Position numbers and translations under genes: made by a program. From Candidatus Firestoneibacteriota bacterium (GTDB lineage: Bacteria; Oederibacteriota; D2-FULL-39-29), in contig CAIYPD010000115.1 in NCBI GenBank assembly GCA_903928075.1, forward strand, positions 371-64,370: DNA of 64,000 nucleotides, in the 5' to 3' direction. Below the pieces are notes generated by a model, which saw only the letters and a list, made by a program, of their open reading frames with translations, was not told the origin of the DNA and searched no databases. Position 1 is the first letter of the stretch, and every line of letters begins with the position of its first letter. Positions 1-8,445 of this stretch are shown here, one piece after another.

Positions 1-360
1 AGACTCCGCAAGAATGTCCGCCCCTTTTGGCATAAGCCAACCGCTGCTGTTCTCCCATTCTTTCCCGTAACGCACCTGCACATTTTTTGCGGAAATTTCA
101 CCGGCTTTGCCGGTTAGATTACCCGCAGACGCTTTAAGTCCTTTTATGTCTCCCGTGGCTTCGACAATTATCTTTCCCGAAAGTGATCCATTTCTGGCCC
201 CGACTAAAAGAATGGGTTTCAATTCCCTGGCTGCCTTGTAATTATTCTCATTTGAAATTATATCACAAGTCCATATCTTAACATCCGCAACAAGCAGTTC
301 CGGCAATAAAACAAACAGAATTACCGGCAATATAATCAGCGCACAAACTGCTTTTCTCAT
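1..360 (-). CDS. secreted hypothetical protein (C-terminus beyond window edge)
   Basis: Minus-strand frame is open from the ATG at 358-360 to base 1 (120 codons; absent from the track because it is truncated). GGAGG lies 7 nt upstream. The N-terminus MRKAVCALIILPVILFVLL looks like a signal peptide. Confidence 0.6.
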   Translation of the reverse strand, partial: MRKAVCALIILPVILFVLLPELLVADVKIWTCDIISNENNYKAARELKPILLVGARNGSLSGKIIVEATGDIKGLKASAGNLTGKAGEISAKNVQVRYGKEWENSSGWLMPKGADILAES

Positions 361-474
361 TTAACAACCTCCATAAAATGCTGCTTTATTTATATTTCAA
401 TAATTCCACTTATGCAAAGATGAAAAACTCCAAACTTTACGAAAACGAAGTTTTACTTTAATTTGCAAAAAAAC

Positions 475-1569
475 TTATTTGTTTACGACCTCATACATTG
501 CTATTATATTTTCAAGCTTTGCGCTGTTATCTATTTCGGTGGTTGAACCGATAAAGTATCCGGGACGGGCATCTTTTACCGCCTCTTCACAGACTACTCT
601 GACCTGTTCGGGCGTTCCCATGGATAACAACTGACTCATATCGATACCGCCGGTAAGAAAGATTTTTTTGCCATACTTTTCTTTTACTTCTTTAAGGTTC
701 ATGCCCGCCACCGTTTCTATCGGATTTAAGCCGTCTATGCCTGTGGCTATTAAGTCATCCATTATTTCCATCAGGTATCCGTCGGAATGGAATAAGCATT
801 TTATACCGTGTTCGTGCCACGCATCATTCAATTTCGTCAGCCTCGGGCAAAACTCCCTTCTTAAGTAAGCCGGCGAATGAAGCAGCATATTTTTGCAGGC
901 AATATCGCCGTAAGTTAAAACGCAGGGCGAGAGTTTCTTGTCCGCTATAATATGGCACATTTCCACCCGGTAATCGGTGGTCACCTCAAGAAATTCCGAA
1001 AGCAGCCCCGGGTCGTCGCACTCAAGATAGGAAAAAAGATCCAGACCTATATTATGCCTCAATTCATCCAGTCCGGTCCCCTGGCAGGCAAGAAGATTTA
1101 CCGTATCACCGATGGTGCTTTGGGTCTTTAAAAATTCAGTGTGCCATTTCTCGCGGAAGGTTTTTGAATTTTCTTTTAGTTCTTTATGGGCTTTTTTCTG
1201 CAGGAGTATCCACTTTTTTAAAAATTCAATGGCGCCTTTTTCGTCCTCAAAGGGCCTTTTTACTATCCAGTTGGTTTTTTCCTTAATACTGAAGTGTTTT
1301 GTAAAACCAAGTTCGTCCACAAGGTCTTTTTCCACCGTAGGCCCGAATCCTACATCACGGGTCATATCAAGAAAATTATCAAGCGAACTGCCTGCAATCT
1401 TCAGCAGTTTATCTTCCGTTTCTTTATCTTCAGCCAAAGGCGGAAGTTTTTTTCCGCTAAAGTGTTCAAAAAAGGAATCAGACCGTACCAGGTCATAGAT
1501 AGGAACTTTGTCGGTTTCCTGCAAGTTCATAGCTCTTTCGACCCGCTCTCTTTTGGTCATCTTTGCCAT
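475..1569 (-). CDS. uroporphyrinogen decarboxylase (URO-D)/MtaA-CmuA-like family protein
   Basis: 364-aa ORF with an AGGAG RBS. The N-terminal KRERVERAMNLQETDKVPIYD motif and the length fit the URO-D-like fold. Paralogue of 8446..9531. Confidence 0.75.
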   Translation of the reverse strand: MAKMTKRERVERAMNLQETDKVPIYDLVRSDSFFEHFSGKKLPPLAEDKETEDKLLKIAGSSLDNFLDMTRDVGFGPTVEKDLVDELGFTKHFSIKEKTNWIVKRPFEDEKGAIEFLKKWILLQKKAHKELKENSKTFREKWHTEFLKTQSTIGDTVNLLACQGTGLDELRHNIGLDLFSYLECDDPGLLSEFLEVTTDYRVEMCHIIADKKLSPCVLTYGDIACKNMLLHSPAYLRREFCPRLTKLNDAWHEHGIKCLFHSDGYLMEIMDDLIATGIDGLNPIETVAGMNLKEVKEKYGKKIFLTGGIDMSQLLSMGTPEQVRVVCEEAVKDARPGYFIGSTTEIDNSAKLENIIAMYEVVNK

Positions 1570-1703
1570 AATTTCTCCTTGATAATGCTAATAGTTTTTA
1601 CAAACTTCATTATAAACTTTATCTCTGGTCTTTTCAATGCACTCAAAAGTTAAGTCAGCGTCTATTATTTGAATTATCAGTTATAATCTGCTAAAATCTT
1701 CAT

Positions 1704-2753
1704 ATGAAAATTATTCTCGGAAAACCTAAAATAGATATGACCTCCCTCGGGGATACCTGGGACGCGTGCTGGGCGGAAGACGACAACCTCTATGCAAGTT
1801 CCGATGACACCGTTGAATTCAGCGAAAATCCGGTAAACAACTTGAATAAACGGCCCGGAAATAATCTGCAGTTTCACCTCTTAAGCGGAAACACCCCGGC
1901 AAGTCTCAAGGGAAAAACAATAAACCGCATGGCTGAATACGGCGGGATGACTTCAAAGGGTCCGGATGGCTGTATGTGGAAGGCCAACGGTAATATTTGT
2001 GCTGCAGGAAATATTTACGAGTTCGTAAGCCGGCATGGTCTGAATTTTAGCGCGCGCCAGACGGCTGAAAACTCAAGCCTTATTATGTCAACCGACAAAG
2101 GCTTGACCTGGAAACGGACAGCCCGGGAAAATTACAATAATCCTATGTTCCCCGGCGGAAGATTTGGAAGCCCCTTCTTCGTGAAATACGGTAAAGACGC
2201 TGAGGTCTTCGTGCACAATGCGGACAAATATATTTATGCCGTTTCAAATGACGGTTTCTGGGAAAACGGCGATGATATGATTCTGGGCAGAATATTAAAA
2301 ACAAAAATCCCGAATCTGGAAGCCTCTGACTGGCAATTCTTCACCGGCAAAGACGGGATGGCGGATGCAAACTGGTCGCCAAAACTTAACGAAGCCAGGC
2401 CGATTCTGGTAAATCCTGGGAAGTGCAGTATGACCGGGGTGCAATACAACGCACCTTTAAAACGCTATCTGATGATCCAGTGGTATTACACGAAAGGCTC
2501 CGGCCATGTGGCGCCGGCCGATACGGCCTGGATATTCTATGAAGCACCGGCACCTTGGGGTCCCTGGACGGCCTTTGATGAAAAACGGTTCTCCCCGGAA
2601 GGTTACTACAATCCTTGTATCGTCTCAAAATTTATAAGTCCTGACGGCCTTAACCTGACAATTCTTTCTAACGGAAGTTTTATGACCGCCGGTGCCGAAA
2701 ATGAAGCCTGCATCTACCGCCTGACTTTAATCCCCGGTACTTTAACTCTTTAG
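1704..2753 (+). CDS. hypothetical protein, beta-propeller / glycoside-hydrolase-like
   Basis: 349-aa ORF, rich in W/G/D as in a propeller fold, in a carbohydrate context. No family recognised with certainty. Confidence 0.7.
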   Translation: MKIILGKPKIDMTSLGDTWDACWAEDDNLYASSDDTVEFSENPVNNLNKRPGNNLQFHLLSGNTPASLKGKTINRMAEYGGMTSKGPDGCMWKANGNICAAGNIYEFVSRHGLNFSARQTAENSSLIMSTDKGLTWKRTARENYNNPMFPGGRFGSPFFVKYGKDAEVFVHNADKYIYAVSNDGFWENGDDMILGRILKTKIPNLEASDWQFFTGKDGMADANWSPKLNEARPILVNPGKCSMTGVQYNAPLKRYLMIQWYYTKGSGHVAPADTAWIFYEAPAPWGPWTAFDEKRFSPEGYYNPCIVSKFISPDGLNLTILSNGSFMTAGAENEACIYRLTLIPGTLTL

Positions 2754-2799
2754 TCCCGATAAATATTCTTAATTGTTTTTCTTACAGGAAGAACTGATA

Positions 2800-4479
2800 T
2801 TATCTGGAAGTAACGGTGAATGGACCTTTCGACTGGGAATCTATATTTCCAACCTTGAAATACTTCGCTAAAAATCTGTCAACACTTTTATTTAGGAGTA
2901 TTATCGCCGGCTTGCAGGCAGTGGTGGATTGCTGATTCGCCATATCCTTTCTTAAAATCTCAAGCAATTCCTGTTTTATTTTTTCCGGGACCGGCTTCTT
3001 TTTGTTCCGTAAATACCGCATAATAAAGACAAGATTGGTTTCCCGGATGTGATAGGCGTAAGACAGCGCTCTTCTTCTGAACCCGTCAAGTTCGGCAAGG
3101 TTTTTTGAAAATACCGGCCGTAATTTCCCGGGGAGTTTGTCTATAAATATCCGGCCCAGTTTTAGAGCTTCTGCCATTTTCTCTGCCGCCATCTCACAGC
3201 GCAGCTGGACATCTTCAAGCAGCCACGGATCCGGCTGCATACTGTCCGTCTTAATAAATACGGCCCGGCGGGAAGATTCCCAGGAAGGGGTATGAGCCTG
3301 CTGGCCGCGAATAAAGGCGGCAGTCATAGCGTGTTTGATTTCACATTTACCGACTTCACGTATCCACCAGGAAGCGTTCCAGGGGAACAATTCCATGGCC
3401 AAAGATGTTAATCTCCAGAAAGTTATTATATCCCCGCTTGCTTTTTTGTAAGGCAAGGCAAGAAGTTTCAAAGCTTTATCTTCAGAAATAGCGGTATCTT
3501 TAAAGAATATTCCCGACATCCGAAGGTTCGGGTCCTCTTTTCCCGGGACAAGCCCATAATATTCCTTAATCCCGGATATATGAGGTATACTGTTTATCGT
3601 TTTAAGAGACCTTAGAACGGCAAGAGGATGGCTCAGATAATTGAAAGGCTCCACTTCTTCCGAAGGCCCGCCCAGAAAGGTTTCGACAATGAGAGGTATG
3701 CCTCTCTTCTTAGCCAGCTCAGCGGTGCTTTTCAGCCACAGATCAACCGGATTGGTTATCATAACCTCCCCGATATTAGAATGCATAGCCAGCCCGGTTG
3801 TTTTTGGATCCAGACCTTCCACACATCTTAGCGCCTGGCCGTGGGAAAGTTCCCAGGGCTCCCACCATACTCTCCCCGCGGGATTTAACCTTTTCCAGGT
3901 TGCTGCTATTTTATTTACAAACGGAACTATTCTTTCGTGAAGCGGAATTCCGCGGCAGGCAGCGCAAACGCCGAACTCATTGCATATACCGCTGTCCTGG
4001 TCATAGGCATAGAACCAGAGATCGTCAACGCCCGGGAACTGTTCAAAAAACTCCTCCATAAGGCAAACATACCGGTTAACCACGGTTTCATCCAGAACAC
4101 AGTTGATCATGGGTGCATCGGTGTAGAGCTGGTGAGCATTGTAGGGCGCGCCAAAGTGAAAGATTGCTTTAAATCCGTTTTCTTTGCATAACTTGATGCG
4201 TTTCTTCAGGTCGTTCCTTCTTCTGTCAAAGTCTTTTTTGGTTTGTTTGGAAAGAAGCTTCATCGGTTGCGCAAGTATTTTTTCCTTGCCCGCGGGAATC
4301 TTGACCACATCTTCAAGATTTAAAGGCTCGTCTGCCGGTCTGCAGCCCCACGCAATATTCAACTGCAAAGCATTAAAACCGAGTTTCTTTAAAATAGAAA
4401 GATTCTTCTTGTTCCAGGCCACATCAGTTTTGGACGGGCAACCAACCACCCCGACTTTATAGAGCAATTTTTCACGCAT
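2800..4479 (-). CDS. hypothetical protein (559 aa), possible TIM-barrel glycosidase-like
   Basis: Long uninterrupted ORF. No SD; the ATG abuts a consensus promoter. Function unknown. Confidence 0.75.
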   Translation of the reverse strand: MREKLLYKVGVVGCPSKTDVAWNKKNLSILKKLGFNALQLNIAWGCRPADEPLNLEDVVKIPAGKEKILAQPMKLLSKQTKKDFDRRRNDLKKRIKLCKENGFKAIFHFGAPYNAHQLYTDAPMINCVLDETVVNRYVCLMEEFFEQFPGVDDLWFYAYDQDSGICNEFGVCAACRGIPLHERIVPFVNKIAATWKRLNPAGRVWWEPWELSHGQALRCVEGLDPKTTGLAMHSNIGEVMITNPVDLWLKSTAELAKKRGIPLIVETFLGGPSEEVEPFNYLSHPLAVLRSLKTINSIPHISGIKEYYGLVPGKEDPNLRMSGIFFKDTAISEDKALKLLALPYKKASGDIITFWRLTSLAMELFPWNASWWIREVGKCEIKHAMTAAFIRGQQAHTPSWESSRRAVFIKTDSMQPDPWLLEDVQLRCEMAAEKMAEALKLGRIFIDKLPGKLRPVFSKNLAELDGFRRRALSYAYHIRETNLVFIMRYLRNKKKPVPEKIKQELLEILRKDMANQQSTTACKPAIILLNKSVDRFLAKYFKVGNIDSQSKGPFTVTSR

Positions 4480-4486
4480 AGGTTGA

Positions 4487-4514
4487 ATTATACCCCAAAT
4501 AGATTTAAAGTCAA
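4487..4514 (-). promoter_or_regulatory. sigma70-like promoter TTGACT-16-TATAAT, 7 nt upstream of the ATG at 4479
   Basis: On the minus strand, TTGACT is at 4514-4509, followed by a 16-nt spacer and TATAAT at 4492-4487. The sequence then reads tcaacct before the ATG. Confidence 0.4.
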
Positions 4515-4646
4515 TAAATTTTAAAATAGTTTTTTCTTCAAGGCGTTCGGTGAAGGAAAGTTCCCGTGGAATCAGGCGGCTAACTATTTACTATATCTTA
4601 TTTTATCAATCTATCAGTAATTAGTTATCAGTTATTAGAAATTGTT

Positions 4647-5648
4647 TTAATCCGTCGCTACCGCTATACCCCTAACCTCGTTATGCTTTATCTCTCCTAT
4701 TTTGCCTGAGGGATTTTTTTTGACCGCGCAATAAAAATGGTAAAGCTTCTTTTTGTAATAAAATATAGAAGGTTTATGGGCATAGAGTGAATCATGTTCG
4801 CCTTCCTTTCCTATATTCACAAGCACCTCGTTTGATTTTTTCCAGTGAACAAGGTCTTTCGAAAAAGCGACGCTTTCCCGGGCGTGCCCGTCACTACAGA
4901 GGCCAAAATAAAACATCACCCAGGTTTTTTTATATCTTAAAACACAGGGCTCGCTGGCAAAAAGGTCATCAAATGCACCTTTTTTTCCGTTCTTTAAGAC
5001 AGGATTGAGTTTACTTCTTTTCCAGTTGACCAGATCTGAGGAAAAAACAACCCCGGTCTGCTCTCTCCAATTTTCCGGTTTATCGTTTTTGGCATTGTAA
5101 AACATATAATATTTACCGTTATTTTCAACCAGACAAGATTTATATAAACCCCCGCTTTCCCATTTATTTTTCTTTTCCGGAAAAAGAAAAGGTTTTTCCA
5201 ATTTCCAGTTAAGCAGGTCTTTACTCCGGCACAAGCCGATAACCGCCGGCCCTGTTTCATAACCCGCACCGGGATAAGCATGATAGGTACCGAGATATTC
5301 CCCGTTCACCTTTTTTAATCCACCGCTCCCAAATAGGTCATTATCCCGCATTATCCAGGTGAGAGCCGCGTTATATTGCGTGACCGAGCCTTTTGGCCCC
5401 CGGTCCATTATCATTTTCTTTTTTTTCCAGGTAAGAAGGTCGGAAGATACTGCCAGCCCGGTCCGGTAGCCTTTTGAATCCCACCCGACAAAGGTCATAT
5501 AAAACTTTCCTTTATGTTTAAAAACAAACGGGCAGTCAACTGAATGAGAATCATATTCGCCTTTTTTATATGAAGGCGCAAGAACAAGTTTTTTTAATTT
5601 ATTCAGAGTTTTAACTAATTCTGTCAATTCCTTTATTACTTTTTCCAT
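4647..5648 (-). CDS. five-bladed beta-propeller glycosidase-like protein (GH43/GH130-clan-like)
   Basis: 333-aa ORF with four copies of the blade-end motif S-x-DL-x-x-WK (DLLTWKK, DLLNWKL, DLVNWKR, DLVHWKK). Its start lies 1 nt after the upstream gene's stop. Confidence 0.75.
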   Translation of the reverse strand: MEKVIKELTELVKTLNKLKKLVLAPSYKKGEYDSHSVDCPFVFKHKGKFYMTFVGWDSKGYRTGLAVSSDLLTWKKKKMIMDRGPKGSVTQYNAALTWIMRDNDLFGSGGLKKVNGEYLGTYHAYPGAGYETGPAVIGLCRSKDLLNWKLEKPFLFPEKKNKWESGGLYKSCLVENNGKYYMFYNAKNDKPENWREQTGVVFSSDLVNWKRSKLNPVLKNGKKGAFDDLFASEPCVLRYKKTWVMFYFGLCSDGHARESVAFSKDLVHWKKSNEVLVNIGKEGEHDSLYAHKPSIFYYKKKLYHFYCAVKKNPSGKIGEIKHNEVRGIAVATD

Positions 5649-5649
5649 A

Positions 5650-7107
5650 TTAAGCTTTTTCCAGATCTATATAACCTCTTTCCACATCTGTACTGACGAG
5701 TCTAACCATAACCCGCATGCCGACTTCAAGGCCTTCATAACCTTCCGAAAGTTTGCCTTCGACCGGTGGCTCCGAAAGCCTGACCCAGGTGCCTTTTTCG
5801 GAAGCACCGGTGACAATAGCGTTGAATTTCTCTCCAATTCTATATCTTAAAAGCAATGCGGCCGCAGACTTGCTAACCTGTCTTTCCACCTTCTTTACCG
5901 CATCTTCCTGCGTAGTGCAATGAATAGCAAGCGAGTTAAGCTCGTCTTTACCGTAAGGAGTGTTTGAGCCGCCGATTGCGGCTTTTAAAAGCCTTAGAGT
6001 TATAATATCCGGATACCTTCTGTTGGGCGCAGTTGAGTGTGTATAATCTTTCACGGCCAGCCCAAAGTGCCCCACCGGAATTTCTCCCGGCACCTCCGCA
6101 ACATACTCTCCGGGTCCAAGGAGTTTGATGACGCTTAGAGAAAGATCCGGAAAGCTTTCAGGATTTGCGATTTTCTCCTTTTGTAAAAATATTTCCAGCG
6201 CCTTTGAATCCGGGAGGACCGGCAGTTTATAGCCTTTTTCCGCCGCAAGCGCAACTATTTTCAACCAGAGCTTTGGCTTTCTTACAACCCGCCGCAGGGA
6301 CGGGAAATTTTTTAAGGTAAGGAACCGGGCTATCACGCCGTTTACCGCCACCATGAATTCCTCGATGAGCTCTTTCGCCCTATTCTTCCTGTCTTCCTTA
6401 AGCGCGCTAAGCTTCCCGTCAAAAAAAACAGAATGGAGCTCGATAGTGCGAAAATCAAGAGCCCCGCCCAAGCGCCTTTTTTCTTTTAACTTTTGAGCGG
6501 TGGCATCCTGTAGTCTTAAGTTTTCTTCCATGCCCAAAACTATAGGTATCTCTTTGGGAATAACGCCGGTCCCGTCAAGCCAGGCTGCAACGCTGTCATA
6601 AGCAAGTTTTGCTTTGTTGTTTACGCTTCCCGTGTAAACCGCACTGCTTTTAAGCATCCCTTCCTTGTCCAGGTTCATTTCAATTATTAAAGCTCTCCGG
6701 TCAACACCGGCATTTAGAGAAGTTAAACCAAAAGAGAGTTTTTCCGGAAGCATCGGGAAATTCCCGCCCGCCGTGTAAACCGAGGTGGTATTCTGCTTCG
6801 CGTGCGCGTCTATTGCCGAGTCTTTCTTTACCAGCGCGTCCACATCAGAGACCGCTACATATATTTTAATCCCGCCGTCTTCAAGTTGTTCTGCCGCGGT
6901 AAGCTGATCCAGGTCTCTGGAATCATCATTGTCTATGGAGCACCAGAGCAGGCCTCTCAAATCTCTCTCATCTTTTCCCGGCAAACCGCTTTCCCCGTCT
7001 AACTTTGCAACTTCAGAAATTGCCCGGGATGAAAACTCCGGTTGCAGTCCTCTTTCAAGCATCACCCTTACGGCAATTCTCTTCAACAACTCGTTGTCTG
7101 TAAGCAT
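5650..7107 (-). CDS. RNB-domain exoribonuclease (RNase II/R family) with C-terminal S1-like domain
   Basis: The RNB signature HFGLA...YTHSTAPNRRYPDIITLR is present. The C-terminus is S1-like (GTWVRLSEPPVEGKL). AAGGAAAA RBS. Confidence 0.85.
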   Translation of the reverse strand: MLTDNELLKRIAVRVMLERGLQPEFSSRAISEVAKLDGESGLPGKDERDLRGLLWCSIDNDDSRDLDQLTAAEQLEDGGIKIYVAVSDVDALVKKDSAIDAHAKQNTTSVYTAGGNFPMLPEKLSFGLTSLNAGVDRRALIIEMNLDKEGMLKSSAVYTGSVNNKAKLAYDSVAAWLDGTGVIPKEIPIVLGMEENLRLQDATAQKLKEKRRLGGALDFRTIELHSVFFDGKLSALKEDRKNRAKELIEEFMVAVNGVIARFLTLKNFPSLRRVVRKPKLWLKIVALAAEKGYKLPVLPDSKALEIFLQKEKIANPESFPDLSLSVIKLLGPGEYVAEVPGEIPVGHFGLAVKDYTHSTAPNRRYPDIITLRLLKAAIGGSNTPYGKDELNSLAIHCTTQEDAVKKVERQVSKSAAALLLRYRIGEKFNAIVTGASEKGTWVRLSEPPVEGKLSEGYEGLEVGMRVMVRLVSTDVERGYIDLEKA

Positions 7108-7147
7108 ATTTTCCTTTGTGTTATTTGAATTTACTTGTTTTTTATCT

Positions 7148-7657
7148 TCAGCATGCTGTGAAGTTCTTTTTCTGAGGGAAGAGCCGTCTTAGTTCACGCA
7201 TAGACCAGCCGTTCTCTGCGGCTTCAATTTCATAAAATGAACGGGAGGCAAGGTTATCTTCTTTCAACAACTCGCAATAATGCGACCAGGAGAGCCTTGG
7301 TTCAAATTCGTCAGACACTGTCTGTTGAATCTTAGTGCCGAACTCCAGATAAAAACGGCGCATATTTCGTAAATTAATCCCTGAAAAGCCCCTACCAAAT
7401 CTTTTTATCATATCTTCAGAAAGACGCGGAATTAAAGCAACACCATATCCCGCACGCGCTTTACCGCCTTGCTCATGCTCAACTATCATCCTGCCAATAT
7501 TCCAGTAAGTCCGTACCTGAATCAAGTCAATAGCTTGAACAGCTTTGGTTCGCCCTTGCACAATAATTTTGGATATTTTAGTTAACAAACTGTTGTATAC
7601 ATCCTTTTTATGAAGATGGTTAGCAACAGGTAAAACCTTGTTTTCTTTCCCTTTCAT
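7148..7657 (-). CDS. DUF1016 (YhcG-like) N-terminal domain only; truncated, possible gene remnant
   Basis: 169 aa that align by eye with the N-terminal half of the full-length DUF1016 protein at 51184..52245 (YWNIGR..., SWSHY..., WS.RELRR). The ORF stops before the PD-(D/E)XK nuclease half. Confidence 0.6.
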   Translation of the reverse strand: MKGKENKVLPVANHLHKKDVYNSLLTKISKIIVQGRTKAVQAIDLIQVRTYWNIGRMIVEHEQGGKARAGYGVALIPRLSEDMIKRFGRGFSGINLRNMRRFYLEFGTKIQQTVSDEFEPRLSWSHYCELLKEDNLASRSFYEIEAAENGWSMRELRRLFPQKKNFTAC

Positions 7658-7783
7658 ATCACTTCCCCCTTATCATCCCGTCCCTATTGCGAGATGTAGT
7701 GACTATTTTAATTATTTTGAAAACAAAAGCGTCTTATAACAACCATTGGCACTTACATTATACTTTAATGCTCGCTTTAGTTT

Positions 7784-8080
7784 CTAAGCCGTATGGAAAT
7801 AAAATGTCAGTTTTTCCTTCCCCTTTTCAAGGTAAGGAGACATATTCTTCTGCCACTTCACATTGGCTTCGGTTTTATCAAGTTTGGCAAAGGAAGCCTC
7901 TATATCATCCCCCTCCAGGTAACCGACCAGCATCCCGTCCTCCCTGTAAAAAAGCGAGTAATTCCGGATACCGCATTCCTTTATTGCGTCAAGCATATCC
8001 TGCCAAACCACCTCATGCGCCTTAAGATACTCCTTAAGCATCCCCTTTTTCACCCTGAGCAAAAAACATTGTCTTTGCAT
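7784..8080 (-). CDS. rhaM: L-rhamnose mutarotase
   Basis: 98 aa from the ATG at 8080, with a GGAGGGGG RBS. MQRQCFLLRVKKGMLKEYLKAHEVVWQDML...NYSLF is typical of RhaM. The longer track ORF extends into a repeat element. Confidence 0.8.
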   Translation of the reverse strand: MQRQCFLLRVKKGMLKEYLKAHEVVWQDMLDAIKECGIRNYSLFYREDGMLVGYLEGDDIEASFAKLDKTEANVKWQKNMSPYLEKGKEKLTFYFHTA

Positions 8081-8099
8081 ATAACCCCCTCCTCTTAGA

Positions 8100-8137
8100 T
8101 TCTCCGCCCTTGGCGAGATTTGACCGAAGGTGAACAC
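8100..8137. repeat. GAGATCTC-core nested palindromic element (degenerate copy)
   Basis: ctccgcccttggcgagatttgaccgaaggtgaaca is nearly identical to the copy at 30263-30297. Confidence 0.7.
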
Positions 8138-8213
8138 CGATTACTTATAGATAACAAGATTAAAGCTTTTACCGTATGTCATACCGGAATTCGGCTTTAT
8201 GGATATCCGGGAA

Positions 8214-8258
8214 CCCCGCCAATGCTTCATTGGCGAGGTCTCGCCTTGCAGGCGGACA
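8214..8258. repeat. GAGATCTC-core nested palindromic element
   Basis: CCGCC-aatgcttcatt-GGCGAGGTCTCGCC-ttgca-GGCGGACA. Confidence 0.75.
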
Positions 8259-8445
8259 GCGTCTTTAGTATTTTTCTTTCCGTTATTTATCCCAAATAAA
8301 ATCATTGAAAAATATACCCTATTTGTCTCTTGCTTCTTATCTCCCTCTTCCGCACCATTTTTTAAGTTGTATTCCGAATCAATTTCAATATTTTCGCCAA
8401 GTTAATTATATAATGAAAAAAGGTATTTCTGATGCCGGATATTTC

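Noticed and set aside
8081-8137. N-terminal extension MFTFGQISPRAENL... of rhaM, which resembles the MSTFGEISPRAVNH... extension of the FNT ORF (30236-30298). This could suggest a conserved leader peptide.
   Set aside because: Both extensions are translations of the same GAGATCTC-core repeat element. Internal ATGs with strong SDs (8080 and 30235) give normal-length proteins.
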